A DNA stretch of 64,000 bases from an uncultured Methanolobus sp. (GCA_963675495.1 OY776215.1:1792001-1856000), one strand, 5' to 3'; counted from the stretch's first letter, positions 44,774 through 54,867 are shown. Made by a program: numbers and translations. The notes: generated by a model not told the origin, from the letters alone.

Positions 44774-46210
44774 ATGAAAGAATACGATCTTATTGTAATA
44801 GGCACAGGCTCCGGGATGAATTATGTTACTGCAATGATGGATGCAGATATCGAAATGAAAGTTGCTCTAATTGATAAAGATGAACCGGGAGGAATTTGCC
44901 TTACCAGGGGCTGTATCCCATCAAAGATGCTTCTTTACCCCGCAGAGCTTGTAAGGGATATTGGGCAGGCGGGTAATTTCGGTATCAAAGCATCAATTGA
45001 AAGTATTGATTTCAAGTCAGTGATGGACAGGATGCGCAATTCAATATCAGGAGATATCGAAAGTATCAGACATGGCTATACTCATATTCCCCGAATGGAT
45101 TTCTACAACGAGAAAGCTGAGTTCGTTTCTCCCTATACTATGAAGGTTGGAGAGGAGACAATCAGCGCAAAAATGATCTTTTTGTGTACAGGTTCAAAGC
45201 CTGCAATACCTCATGTGAAAGGACTGGATTCGATCGATTTTCTCACAAGTGATGCAGTTCTGGAACTGAATGAACTCCCGGAGAGCCTTGCTATCATTGG
45301 AGGAGGATATATTGCTGCTGAATACGGACACTTTTTTTCAGCCATGGGTTCCAAAGTCACTATAATTGGTAGGAATGCTCAGTTCATTCCGGAAGAGGAA
45401 CCGGAAGTTTCTGTACTTGCAAAGAAGATGATGTCAGAGTACATGGAAATCCTCACCGATTATGAGGTTGTGGAAGCAAAATCTTCATCAGAAGGCAAGA
45501 CTGTGATTGCAAAACATCGCCAGACAGGTGAGGAAAAAGAAATTACAGCTTCTGAGATACTTGTTGCCACCGGCAGGAGTCCTAACACTGATATACTCAA
45601 ACCCGAACTAGGAGGAATTGAAACTGATAAACATGGTTGGATAAAGGTTAATGAACACCTTGAAACTTCCATGAAGAATATCTGGGCATTCGGCGATGCA
45701 AACGGAAAATACCTGTTCAAGCATGTTGCAAACCATGAATCGTCAGTTGTTTACTACAATGCTGCCCTGAAAAACAAGGTAAAAGTGGATTATCATGCAG
45801 TTCCACATGCTGTATTCTCCTATCCTGAGATATCAAGTGTCGGGATGACTGAAAAACAGGCCACTGCTGAATATGGGGATGACATCATGATTGGTTTCTA
45901 TCGTTTCCAGGAAACTGCAAAAGGAGTGGCAATGTCTCTGGGTGATGAGTTCGTGAAAGTCATCTTTGAGGGACAAACACAGAAGATTCTCGGTGCTCAC
46001 ATAATTGGCCCGGAAGCTTCAGTTTTGATTCATCAGATAATCCCACTTATGTATACAGAAGGCCAGGATGCCAGTCCGATAATGTATGCAATGGATATCC
46101 ATCCCTCACTTAGTGAGGTAATTAAAAGAGCATTCTATTCAAGGATGCCTGCTACTGAGTACCATATGATAATGCAGGCTTATGGACTTGAAGATGCAAA
46201 AGAACAGTAA
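44774..46210 (+). CDS. Dihydrolipoamide dehydrogenase-like pyridine nucleotide-disulfide oxidoreductase
   Basis: YDLIVIGTGSG, GGICLTRGCIPSK, IGGGYI, HPSLSE. Confidence 0.85.
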   Translation: MKEYDLIVIGTGSGMNYVTAMMDADIEMKVALIDKDEPGGICLTRGCIPSKMLLYPAELVRDIGQAGNFGIKASIESIDFKSVMDRMRNSISGDIESIRHGYTHIPRMDFYNEKAEFVSPYTMKVGEETISAKMIFLCTGSKPAIPHVKGLDSIDFLTSDAVLELNELPESLAIIGGGYIAAEYGHFFSAMGSKVTIIGRNAQFIPEEEPEVSVLAKKMMSEYMEILTDYEVVEAKSSSEGKTVIAKHRQTGEEKEITASEILVATGRSPNTDILKPELGGIETDKHGWIKVNEHLETSMKNIWAFGDANGKYLFKHVANHESSVVYYNAALKNKVKVDYHAVPHAVFSYPEISSVGMTEKQATAEYGDDIMIGFYRFQETAKGVAMSLGDEFVKVIFEGQTQKILGAHIIGPEASVLIHQIIPLMYTEGQDASPIMYAMDIHPSLSEVIKRAFYSRMPATEYHMIMQAYGLEDAKEQ

Positions 46211-46259
46211 AAATAGTATGAGAGAACAAATGTTCTCTCGAATTCATTTATTTTTATTT

Positions 46260-47150
46260 TTATTCCTGGGTTCCAAGAACTTCACTTATCTTTTCCGGGT
46301 TTTCGGCAAGCCATTCAGCCGCTGCTTCATCCGGTGTCTGACCTCCATCAATAGCGATCATTAGTGATTCTATATCTGCAAGGTCCATCTCAAAGTTCTG
46401 GATCAGCTGGTAGAATTCAGGGTTATCTTCTTCAAATCCTGCTCTGGTAAGAATTACAAGATCGTCAGTTTCTCCGTAGATTCCCTGGGTATCTTCAAGG
46501 AACTTAAGGCCCTCTATACGGGCAAAACTCCAGTGTGGTCTCCAGAGGGTAACAACTACCCATTCTTCGTTGCGAACCTTGCTCTGAAGTTCTGTGACCA
46601 TTCCCACAGTGCTGCTTGAATAAAGTTCAAAACCTTCAAGCTCATAGTCTACAATACAGCTTTCTGTGTTCTGCATTATGCCTGCACCAGGTTCAATACC
46701 ATTGATTGTACCATCAAATTTATCGGCATTTTCCTGAAGCTCTTCGATGGTGTTAATTGGTACGTAATCAGGAACAACAAGTCCGCACTTTGCGCCGCTA
46801 GCTACAACCTGTGCCTTGTTAAGCTCGTCTCCGTACTGCTCCCAGTAAGGTGCCTGGGTTGCCGGCAGCCATGCATAGATAAGGACATCGATATCTCCCT
46901 GTGCAGTAGCTTGGTAAAGACCGCCGAGATCTGCAGTAATGGTTTCGTATTCATATCCTCCTTCGTCAAGGATGTGTGTGAATATGGCTGCACCAGCACG
47001 TGAATCATCCCACTGGATGACTCCAATCGTTACAGTTTCCTGTGTTGTTTCTTCAGTTGCCCCGTCTTCAGCAGGTGAGGTGCATCCTGCACTCAGCAAG
47101 GCGATTGCTACTATAAAGCATCCTAATATTTTCAAAAGATTATATCTCAA
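46260..47150 (-). CDS. Glycine betaine ABC transporter substrate-binding lipoprotein (second copy)
   Basis: Lipobox LSAGC, AWLPATQ, GIEPGAG, LWRPHW. Confidence 0.9.
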   Translation of the reverse strand: MRYNLLKILGCFIVAIALLSAGCTSPAEDGATEETTQETVTIGVIQWDDSRAGAAIFTHILDEGGYEYETITADLGGLYQATAQGDIDVLIYAWLPATQAPYWEQYGDELNKAQVVASGAKCGLVVPDYVPINTIEELQENADKFDGTINGIEPGAGIMQNTESCIVDYELEGFELYSSSTVGMVTELQSKVRNEEWVVVTLWRPHWSFARIEGLKFLEDTQGIYGETDDLVILTRAGFEEDNPEFYQLIQNFEMDLADIESLMIAIDGGQTPDEAAAEWLAENPEKISEVLGTQE

Positions 47151-47219
47151 GCTATCACTCCTTTTTGTTCACAAATAAATATAGCTGGAAAAAAATAAAA
47201 ATGAATAAGAGTTAGACCC

Positions 47220-48107
47220 TTATTCAGCTCCAATCCATTCATTTACTTTTTCAGGATTTGCATCTACCCATTTCTGAGCAGCTTCTTCTTCTGACATACC
47301 GCTTACAAGGTCTGACATAACAGACTGGATATCGTCATGGGTCCACTGGAACCTTCCAATGATCTCATAGAGTTCAGGGTCATCTTCTAAGAGACCTACT
47401 CTTGCAAGGGTTTCAACATGGTCTGCTTCACCAAAAATTCCATTTGGATCTTCAAGGTATTTCAGGTCAAAGCTGTTGAATGTCCAGTGTGGTGACCATA
47501 ATGTGACAACAGTCCATTCTTCGTCATCTATTGAACTCTTAAGGTCAGCTGCCATACCTGCACTGCTGCTTGCAATAAGCTCGTAATCAAGTCCGTATTC
47601 CTCGATTGCAGTTTCTGTTGTTGACATGATTCCTGCTCCGGGATCGATACCTATGATCTCCCCATTGAACTGTTCTTTGTTTGCATTGAGCTCTTCAATT
47701 GAATCAATGGTAACATATGCTGGAACAACAAGTCCTATGCGGCAGTCTTCAAGGTTCACTGCGACACTATCAATGTCTTCTCCGTATGTTTCCCAGTAGT
47801 TCTTCTGGGTCTGGGGAAGCCATGCAGATGTTGTAAAATCGAACTGGCTGTCTGCAAGTCCCTGGTAGAGTGCACCTGCATCCACAGCGATAATCTCTAC
47901 ATCATAGCCTGCCTCTTCAAGGACAAGTTTCATGACATTGGTACTGGCTATCTCGCCATCCCAGAGAACATAGCCGATAGTTGCTTCCTTTGTAGTAGCT
48001 TCTTCTGTCCCTGTATCTCCGGTTGTATCCTGATCAGCACATCCACTTACCATGACAAGCATGGCAAGCATTATGATTACTGAAAGGATTTTTATTTCTC
48101 TTTTCAC
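47220..48107 (-). CDS. Glycine betaine ABC transporter substrate-binding lipoprotein
   Basis: Lipobox VSGC, AWLPQTQ, GIDPGAG, LWSPHW. Confidence 0.9.
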   Translation of the reverse strand: MKREIKILSVIIMLAMLVMVSGCADQDTTGDTGTEEATTKEATIGYVLWDGEIASTNVMKLVLEEAGYDVEIIAVDAGALYQGLADSQFDFTTSAWLPQTQKNYWETYGEDIDSVAVNLEDCRIGLVVPAYVTIDSIEELNANKEQFNGEIIGIDPGAGIMSTTETAIEEYGLDYELIASSSAGMAADLKSSIDDEEWTVVTLWSPHWTFNSFDLKYLEDPNGIFGEADHVETLARVGLLEDDPELYEIIGRFQWTHDDIQSVMSDLVSGMSEEEAAQKWVDANPEKVNEWIGAE

Positions 48108-48170
48108 TTTATCACAACACTTAGTATATATTATAAAAAGACCACAAAGGTCTGTAAATATTGATGTATG

Positions 48171-49013
48171 TTATTTCTTAGGTGTAAGACCCTGTGTCAG
48201 TCTGTCAAGTACGATTGCAATAATAACAATTGCAAGACCAGCTTCAAATCCTTGGCCGATATCTACTCTCTGGATGCCTACAAGTACCTGATATCCAAGT
48301 CCTCGTGCACCGATCATAGCTGCAATAACAACCATAGAAAGCGAGAGCATAATACACTGGTTTACACCAGCCATGATTGTCGGGAGTGCAACAGGCAATT
48401 CCACTTTGAACAGTTTTTGCAACGGTGTTGTTCCAAACGCATTTGCAACCTCGTTCAATTCAACAGGAACCTGTCGGATGCCGAGGTTGGTAAGGCGGAT
48501 AGCCGGTGGCATTGCAAACACTATTGTTGCAACAAGGCCGGGAACATTACCCAATCCGAAAAATATCACTGCAGGAATAAGATACACAAAAGAAGGCATT
48601 GTCTGCATGAAGTCAAGTATTGGTTTAACTATATGGAACGCAGTTTCATTCTTTGCGCTCAGGATGCCGGTTGGAATACCTACCAACAGAGCCACAAGGG
48701 CAGATGATAACACAAGGGCTATGGTTTCCATGGAAAGTTTCCACAGGTCCATATTCTCTATGAGCAAAAACCCGATCGCGGTTCCGATTGCAAGTCTAAG
48801 GTTCTTTTTTGAAACAAAATAAACAAGGATAGTAACGATAAAAATGAATGCAATAGGTGGTAAGAATAATAGTATGTCCTTGAATCCGGATATGAGAATA
48901 TCTATGAATTCACTGAAGATATCCATCAAAAACCCGAAATTATCATTCAGCCAGTAAACACTTGACTCAACAGTTTCCCCTATTGGAAGTTCAGGTAAGG
49001 CCATTCGAATCAT
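48171..49013 (-). CDS. Glycine betaine ABC transporter permease (ProW/OtaB-like)
   Basis: LDFMQTMPSFVYLIP, EVANAFG, AGVNQ. Likely start 49004. Confidence 0.9.
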   Translation of the reverse strand: MIRMALPELPIGETVESSVYWLNDNFGFLMDIFSEFIDILISGFKDILLFLPPIAFIFIVTILVYFVSKKNLRLAIGTAIGFLLIENMDLWKLSMETIALVLSSALVALLVGIPTGILSAKNETAFHIVKPILDFMQTMPSFVYLIPAVIFFGLGNVPGLVATIVFAMPPAIRLTNLGIRQVPVELNEVANAFGTTPLQKLFKVELPVALPTIMAGVNQCIMLSLSMVVIAAMIGARGLGYQVLVGIQRVDIGQGFEAGLAIVIIAIVLDRLTQGLTPKK

Positions 49014-50199
49014 CCTCCTTTATGGCCAGAGCACCAAGGATGCTACCTCTGACAATAACACCTATTATCTTCTGATTATCATTTACAACTGCCAGTGGAA
49101 AATTACTTTCTGTCATCATCGGGATTATGTCCATTATTGGCAGGTCGGGAGCTACGATTTGCACGTCTGTTATTAACACATCATGCAATGTACTCTTGTC
49201 CTTAACAGCCTGGACAGCATCATCAATGAGAAGTATTCCTTTTATTTTCTTTTCAGGATCAACTACAAATATGGATGATATTCCGTGTTTTTTCATCAGC
49301 TGCATTGCAACTTTGAGCCCGGAATTAATAGATACCACAGGTTCAGGTCGTTTCATAATATTCTCTGCTGTGAGAATTTTTGTCCTATCCACACCGGCAA
49401 CGAATTCTGATACATAGTCATCTGCCGGGTTTGTGAGTATTTCCTCTGCAGTTCCTATCTGGGCGATAACTCCATCTTTCATAATTGCAATACGGTCACC
49501 TAGTTTCAAGGCTTCATCCAGGTCGTGTGATACAAAAACAATAGTTTTTTTGAGTTTGTCCTGAAGTGCGATCAATTCATCCTGCATCTCAGATCTTATT
49601 AGCGGGTCAAGCGCACTGAAGGCTTCATCCATCAACAGGATATCGGGGTCAGTAGCAAGAGCCCTCGCAAGTCCTACCCGTTGCTGCATCCCTCCGCTCA
49701 ATTGCGATGTTTTGCTTGATTCGTACCCTTTAAGACCCACTTTGGAAATGGCTTCTTCAGCTTTGACATGTCTTTCTTCTTTTGGCATGCCCTGTATCTC
49801 AAGTCCGAAAGCTACGTTATCAATAACAGTTCTATGAGGCAGAAGGGCAAAACCCTGGAAAACCATGCTCATTTTTTTTCTTCTGGCTTCTCTTAACTCT
49901 TTTTCATTCATTGTGGCAATGTCATCACCATCGATGAGGATATGGCCGTCGCTTGGATCAATAAGACGGTTCAAGCAGCGTAAAAGAGTCGATTTTCCTG
50001 AACCTGACAGTCCCATAAGTACGAAAGTTTCACCTTCGTAAACATCAAAACCTACTTTGTAAAGACCGACTGTTTGCTTTGTCCTTTCAAAAATTTCCTG
50101 TTTTGAGATTCCTTCCTCTATTAAAGAGATTGCTTTATGAGGGCTTTTGCCAAATATCTTAACAAGGTTGCGGACTTCTATTTTCTTTGGTCTATGAAT
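48991..50199 (-). CDS. Glycine betaine ABC transporter ATP-binding subunit with CBS pair (ProV/OtaA-like); probable ATT start
   Basis: GLSGSGKS, LSGGMQQR, DEAFSALD. The frame continues upstream of the ORF-track start as IHRPKKIEVRNLVKIFG...GETFVLM, bounded by TGA at 50211-50209. RBS GAGGT (50210-50206) lies 6 nt before ATT 50199. Confidence 0.9.
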   Translation of the reverse strand: MHRPKKIEVRNLVKIFGKSPHKAISLIEEGISKQEIFERTKQTVGLYKVGFDVYEGETFVLMGLSGSGKSTLLRCLNRLIDPSDGHILIDGDDIATMNEKELREARRKKMSMVFQGFALLPHRTVIDNVAFGLEIQGMPKEERHVKAEEAISKVGLKGYESSKTSQLSGGMQQRVGLARALATDPDILLMDEAFSALDPLIRSEMQDELIALQDKLKKTIVFVSHDLDEALKLGDRIAIMKDGVIAQIGTAEEILTNPADDYVSEFVAGVDRTKILTAENIMKRPEPVVSINSGLKVAMQLMKKHGISSIFVVDPEKKIKGILLIDDAVQAVKDKSTLHDVLITDVQIVAPDLPIMDIIPMMTESNFPLAVVNDNQKIIGVIVRGSILGALAIKEDDSNGLT

Positions 50200-50478
50200 T
50201 GTAATACCTCAATTTGAAAGAAGATTATTTAAAATTATTATCTTTTAGTTTGACTGGACAACCCTATATTAATGTATCGTTTCATTATTGAAAAAAAACG
50301 GTCTATTTTGGTTTATTTTTAAAAATAAACCCTAGTTATATCTTTTATATTATAATTATATATTAGGCATTCAAGACAGATGTAAAGTATCTTTAACTTC
50401 CAGTTATTTTTGAGAAACGATAATAGCTCTAATTTAAACAAAAAGAAAAAGAGGGATATTAATCCCTTAAAATATTAT

Positions 50479-52050
50479 TTAGTCATTCTTTTTACTCCGG
50501 GATTTTGATTTATTGTCTTTAAAAGCATCCACTGCATCCTGTGGGAGATAGAACTTGTCATCTTCGCTTAATTCTTCATTTCCGTCACTCATTGGAGCAG
50601 CCACAACAATACCTTTAAGGTCGTGTTCCTTACCTTCGACCCTGAGTATGTCCTTGTTAATAGGAAGTTCACCTATGATGTCTCCTGTATCGATAACCAG
50701 GACAGGGTTTTCAGGGTCTGTTAGATCAAGTGACCATTCATCTTCCTTAAAAGCATCATTGATCTCTACAAAGAGTTCCTCTCTGACGTCATCAAGTTGG
50801 AAACCGAATACATCTGCGACATATGTTGCAAGTTCTGTGTTGTCAAAAAGGCCTATTGGTCTGTTTGGACCGTATGACCACAGAGGTACGTCTCCACCAG
50901 CGTGTCCACCTGTAGTCCATCCGATTTCGACAGTGCCTTCTTCACCCATAAGTGGATTTAAAAGTTCTTCTACTGTAAGATCTGTGTAGGATGTACCATA
51001 GTTTCCGATTGTCATGCCACCGGTGTTGTGGTCAGGGAAGACAATGACTAATGTATGTCCGTCCTTTTCAGCGAAATCCACAGCAATCTCAACGGCTTCA
51101 TCGAATGCGAGGAAATCAGTGACCATGTACACAGGATCGTTAGCATGTCCTGCCCAATCGACCTGACTGCCTTCTATCATAAGGAAGAATCCGTCTTTAT
51201 CCTGTGAAAGAAGTTCTATTGCTTTGTCGGTCATTTCTGCAATTGAAGGCTCTTCAGTATCATCACGTGTCATATCAGGCTGCATATGCTTGCTTGCGAA
51301 CATTCCCCAGGCTTGTCCTGATTCAAGAGCATCCATTTCAGTTTCTGTGGTAACGAACTGATAACCTTCATCAAGGAGCACTTCTTTGAGGTTTTCACCA
51401 TCGTTTCGGCTGTTGTCAAGGTATCTCTCGCCACCTGCAAATACTACATCAATATCCTGATAGACGATGTGTTCCATGATTTCACTGTCCATTCCTCTGT
51501 CATGGACATGTACTGCATAGGCTGCAGGTGTTGCATGTGTGATGCTGGATGTTGCTACGAGACCTGTTGCCTTTCCTTCAAGTTTTGCACCTTCAAGTAC
51601 AGTTGCAAGTGGTGCATAAGGTTCAGCCATCTCATTTTCGTCATATATTGAAAGCAGGTCTTCTGTCCTTGGTCCGACACCTAGGAATCTGACAGTTGTC
51701 TTTTCACCAGTTGCAAAGGCTGTTGCTGCTGCAGCAGAGCCGGTGATGACTGAGTTTGCCATGTTTGTGGATACCATTCCGCTAACCATGTTGTCAAGCT
51801 GGAGTTCTTCTCCACTGTACCATCGTGCAAGGGTCTGGATGTTCTGATCACATCCGTCAGGTACCATTACAATTACGTTCTTGATTCCTTTATTTGAGTA
51901 TGAGTTACCTGTGTTCCTGTAGTCATCATCATTCCACTTGTTGTCGGTGCTTTTACCAGCCATTGCAGAAGCGGTGCTTCCAAAGACCAGTAATCCTACA
52001 ACAATAAAAACAAACAAAAAATTCTTTCTTTTATCCATAGTATCATCCAA
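50479..52050 (-). CDS. Secreted alkaline phosphatase (PhoA-like)
   Basis: Signal peptide, KNVIVMVPDG, TGSAAAATAFATG (catalytic Ser region), THATPAA, EGSQVDWAGHAND, DHNTGG, GHAGGDV. Confidence 0.9.
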   Translation of the reverse strand: MDDTMDKRKNFLFVFIVVGLLVFGSTASAMAGKSTDNKWNDDDYRNTGNSYSNKGIKNVIVMVPDGCDQNIQTLARWYSGEELQLDNMVSGMVSTNMANSVITGSAAAATAFATGEKTTVRFLGVGPRTEDLLSIYDENEMAEPYAPLATVLEGAKLEGKATGLVATSSITHATPAAYAVHVHDRGMDSEIMEHIVYQDIDVVFAGGERYLDNSRNDGENLKEVLLDEGYQFVTTETEMDALESGQAWGMFASKHMQPDMTRDDTEEPSIAEMTDKAIELLSQDKDGFFLMIEGSQVDWAGHANDPVYMVTDFLAFDEAVEIAVDFAEKDGHTLVIVFPDHNTGGMTIGNYGTSYTDLTVEELLNPLMGEEGTVEIGWTTGGHAGGDVPLWSYGPNRPIGLFDNTELATYVADVFGFQLDDVREELFVEINDAFKEDEWSLDLTDPENPVLVIDTGDIIGELPINKDILRVEGKEHDLKGIVVAAPMSDGNEELSEDDKFYLPQDAVDAFKDNKSKSRSKKND

Positions 52051-52352
52051 CCTTTTTCAAGGCTTAACGGCTGGATTTTGGGTTATGCACATTTATATTT
52101 TGTACCAATAATATATATATGCAAAATTGTAGTTCTATTTATTGGTAGGTCTATATATGTACAAAACAAATGCAGTAACTCTGCACATTTCTATTATTCT
52201 ATATTTGAATAGTAGGCGTAAAAAAAATCAAAATAACTTATGGTTTCCTAATATTGTGTACTACAATACTTACAAGTGTAACAGTAGTACCATATTTAAA
52301 AAACCCGGTTTTGCGAAACTATCAGTTCATCAAAGAAGAATAACTATTGATT

Positions 52353-52862
52353 TTATTTGAGCTCATTAATAAGGTTCACTGCTTTTTGCAGGATAAAAAC
52401 CTTATCTTCATTGTCCACTTTCGAAGTGTAGACTATTACATAATCAAGCTTGATGTCATTTTCTCTATCAATGGTCATTGCATTTCCGTTCGCAGGAATC
52501 TCCGCAAGTATATCATTGTATGTAATCATCAGGACTGGATTATCCGAATTCTTGTTGTCAAGTTCCCACATTCCCGGGAAAGCCTCTTGCACGTCAATAA
52601 ACAATTCTTCATTCACGAACTGTAGATTATCTTCATTGTATAATTGTGTCAGTGTCCAAACACTCTGAGGGCAATCTTCAGGTACGATGACTACAATATT
52701 TCGAACTTCGTCATCTTGCTTTTCACTAATATACTGGTTGATGTCCCATCCCTTTTTTTTGACCTCATCGGCCATGACAGAGGCAGCACTGGCAGTGAAC
52801 AGTATTCCTACAACAACAAAAGCAAACAAATAGTTTAGTCTATCATCCATATTTCCAACCAA
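52353..52862 (-). CDS. Internally deleted paralogue of the adjacent alkaline phosphatase (signal peptide, first strand and C-terminal domain only)
   Basis: N-terminal half aligns with phosphatase residues ~1-85 (RNIVVIVPEDC vs KNVIVMVPDGC). C-terminal half aligns with the last ~95 residues (VNEELFIDV...NPVL vs VREELFVEI...NPVL). Confidence 0.75.
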   Translation of the reverse strand: MVGNMDDRLNYLFAFVVVGILFTASAASVMADEVKKKGWDINQYISEKQDDEVRNIVVIVPEDCPQSVWTLTQLYNEDNLQFVNEELFIDVQEAFPGMWELDNKNSDNPVLMITYNDILAEIPANGNAMTIDRENDIKLDYVIVYTSKVDNEDKVFILQKAVNLINELK

Positions 52863-53041
52863 GCATTTTTAAGGTTAACTACCTGGATTTTGGACTATGT
52901 GTATTTGTACTTTATACCAATAGAATATGTAGTCAAATTTACTATTATCTTTCTTGACTGTGTATATAGTTCTAATGAGCTTTATTTGTCCTATAGATTT
53001 CTATAGTTACAATGAAACTTAAAAAATAAATATATAAGTGT

Positions 53042-53818
53042 TTATGCTTTTCTTATATTACTGTAATACATACACTCATCACTAGTAAACAGTGGCATTT
53101 CAATGTCATCTTCAACTATCTGAACAGGTGCACCTCTTACAAGTACTGCAGGCACGCTTTCTCCTGCTTCTCCCATTAGTAACTGGGCAGCAGACACAAG
53201 ATTGTCCGCTACTGCTTTGCGGGTAATTGTCATTTCTTTTCCAAAAAGGTCAAGTGTACCTCTGGCATCCTCAACAGGAACCATTCCGGATGTTCCAAGA
53301 GCAATACCAACACATCCAAGTCGCATAGGTTGCGTGCGGCTATCACCAACGACAACTCCTATTTTACACCTGCAACGTTCTTCTATTTCCCTGCGAATCC
53401 TCCCTGCACTCTGCTGTGCATTTTCCGGGAGTAAGACTACATATCCATCCGGTGCATTCGAGGCATCTATTCCTGCATTGGGTGCAAGTGTACCTTTTGT
53501 TATAGTAAGTGCAGCTCCCGGAACACCACCGAATATCTCATCACATTCCTGAAGTATGAGTTCCATTTCCCGTGAGTCAAGCTGGTACTCCTCTGCAAGT
53601 TTCTTTGCTTTATCTCCGGGTTTTACGTCTGCAAGACGAACCAGACGCTTCTCAGACGTTGCCAGCGGTGATTCGGCAATGATAAGAATATCATGATTCT
53701 GGAATTGCATTCCATGTTTCTCCAGGGAATCCATTATAATCTCTGAAATATTGTCTCCTGGCTTAATGAGTGGGGTTTTTATACCAAACATCTGCAATGA
53801 TGGAAAATCAGCTTGCAT
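53042..53818 (-). CDS. cofE: Coenzyme F420-0:L-glutamate ligase (CofE) family protein
   Basis: PLIKPGD, NAGIDASN, DSRTQPMRLG, DLFG, GEAGESVP. Confidence 0.85.
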   Translation of the reverse strand: MQADFPSLQMFGIKTPLIKPGDNISEIIMDSLEKHGMQFQNHDILIIAESPLATSEKRLVRLADVKPGDKAKKLAEEYQLDSREMELILQECDEIFGGVPGAALTITKGTLAPNAGIDASNAPDGYVVLLPENAQQSAGRIRREIEERCRCKIGVVVGDSRTQPMRLGCVGIALGTSGMVPVEDARGTLDLFGKEMTITRKAVADNLVSAAQLLMGEAGESVPAVLVRGAPVQIVEDDIEMPLFTSDECMYYSNIRKA

Positions 53819-53982
53819 TATTTCTCTCCATTATAATCGTTTTTGTGATATTAATTGTGTAGTAATTCATACTTATGGAAGACGGGCATCTGTTACGTGT
53901 CATTATCCCCATGCCGCCGTTGGCAACTTCATGCATTTTTTGTGTGGGGATACCATCTTTTGATCAGTCAATTTGCTTTTAA

Positions 53983-54867
53983 TCATTGGTCGTTCTTCCT
54001 GATTCCGGCCATTTCAAGTATTTTGGGTGTATTGTCATGTTTGCCAATAGGCATAATATGAGTGCCACGACAGAGTTTCCTAAGTTCGGTAATAGTTTCT
54101 GCACAGATGGAAATACCTTCATCGATTGGTTTTTCAGCCAGTTCGATCCTTCCTATTATCTCATCAGGTACATTGATACCGGGGATATTCTGGTTCATAA
54201 AACGTGCCATCTTTGCAGATTTGAGTGGAATTACTCCGGCAATTATAGGGATTTCAATATCACCGATTGATTCCATGAATGTTTCAAATTGTGCTGTATC
54301 ATAAACTGCCTGTGTCTGCATAAAATCGATTCCTGTTCTTGTTTTTTTACGCAGCTTCATCATCTGTGCCATCTTTGAAGAATCAGTGTTAGTAACTGCA
54401 CCTACAACAAAACCCGGTGGATTATCAATTTCGTTCCCAGCAAGATCATATCCTTCCTTCATTTTTTTAATAATGCCAAGAAGTTGTACAGAATCCAGGT
54501 CATATACCGGCTTGGTCTTGGGATGGTCGCCCTTTGTTGTGTGGTCACCTGTCATAATGCAGATATTCTTGATGCCCATCGCATATGCTCCAAGCAGGTC
54601 GGATTGCAGTGCAAGCCTGTTCCTGTCCCTGCATGTGAGTTGCATTATAACTTCATGATCAGCATCCAGCAGTGCTTTGCTAACTGCAAGTGGACTCATA
54701 CGCATGATTGCTTTCTGGTTATCGGTAACATTGAGGGCATCAGTCCAGTCCCTGATAAGTTGTGCATCGGCAAGAGTTTCGCTTAGGTCTGTTCCTTTAG
54801 GGGGGCTGACCTCTGCTGTAATTAGAAAATCGTTTGATGTGAGTTTGTCTTTGAAGGTCCGGGACAT
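53983..54867 (-). CDS. metF: Methylenetetrahydrofolate reductase (MetF-like)
   Basis: ITAEVSPPKG, NVTDN, LTCRDRNRLALQSDLLGA, TGDH, QTQAVYD. Start taken at MSRTF; the ORF extends to 54903. Confidence 0.85.
   Translation of the reverse strand: MSRTFKDKLTSNDFLITAEVSPPKGTDLSETLADAQLIRDWTDALNVTDNQKAIMRMSPLAVSKALLDADHEVIMQLTCRDRNRLALQSDLLGAYAMGIKNICIMTGDHTTKGDHPKTKPVYDLDSVQLLGIIKKMKEGYDLAGNEIDNPPGFVVGAVTNTDSSKMAQMMKLRKKTRTGIDFMQTQAVYDTAQFETFMESIGDIEIPIIAGVIPLKSAKMARFMNQNIPGINVPDEIIGRIELAEKPIDEGISICAETITELRKLCRGTHIMPIGKHDNTPKILEMAGIRKNDQ

Noticed and set aside
52960-53010. CTATAG repeats about 11 bp apart upstream of the phosphatase paralogue as a possible phosphate box
   Set aside because: Only two clear copies in AT-rich DNA, too weak to support.
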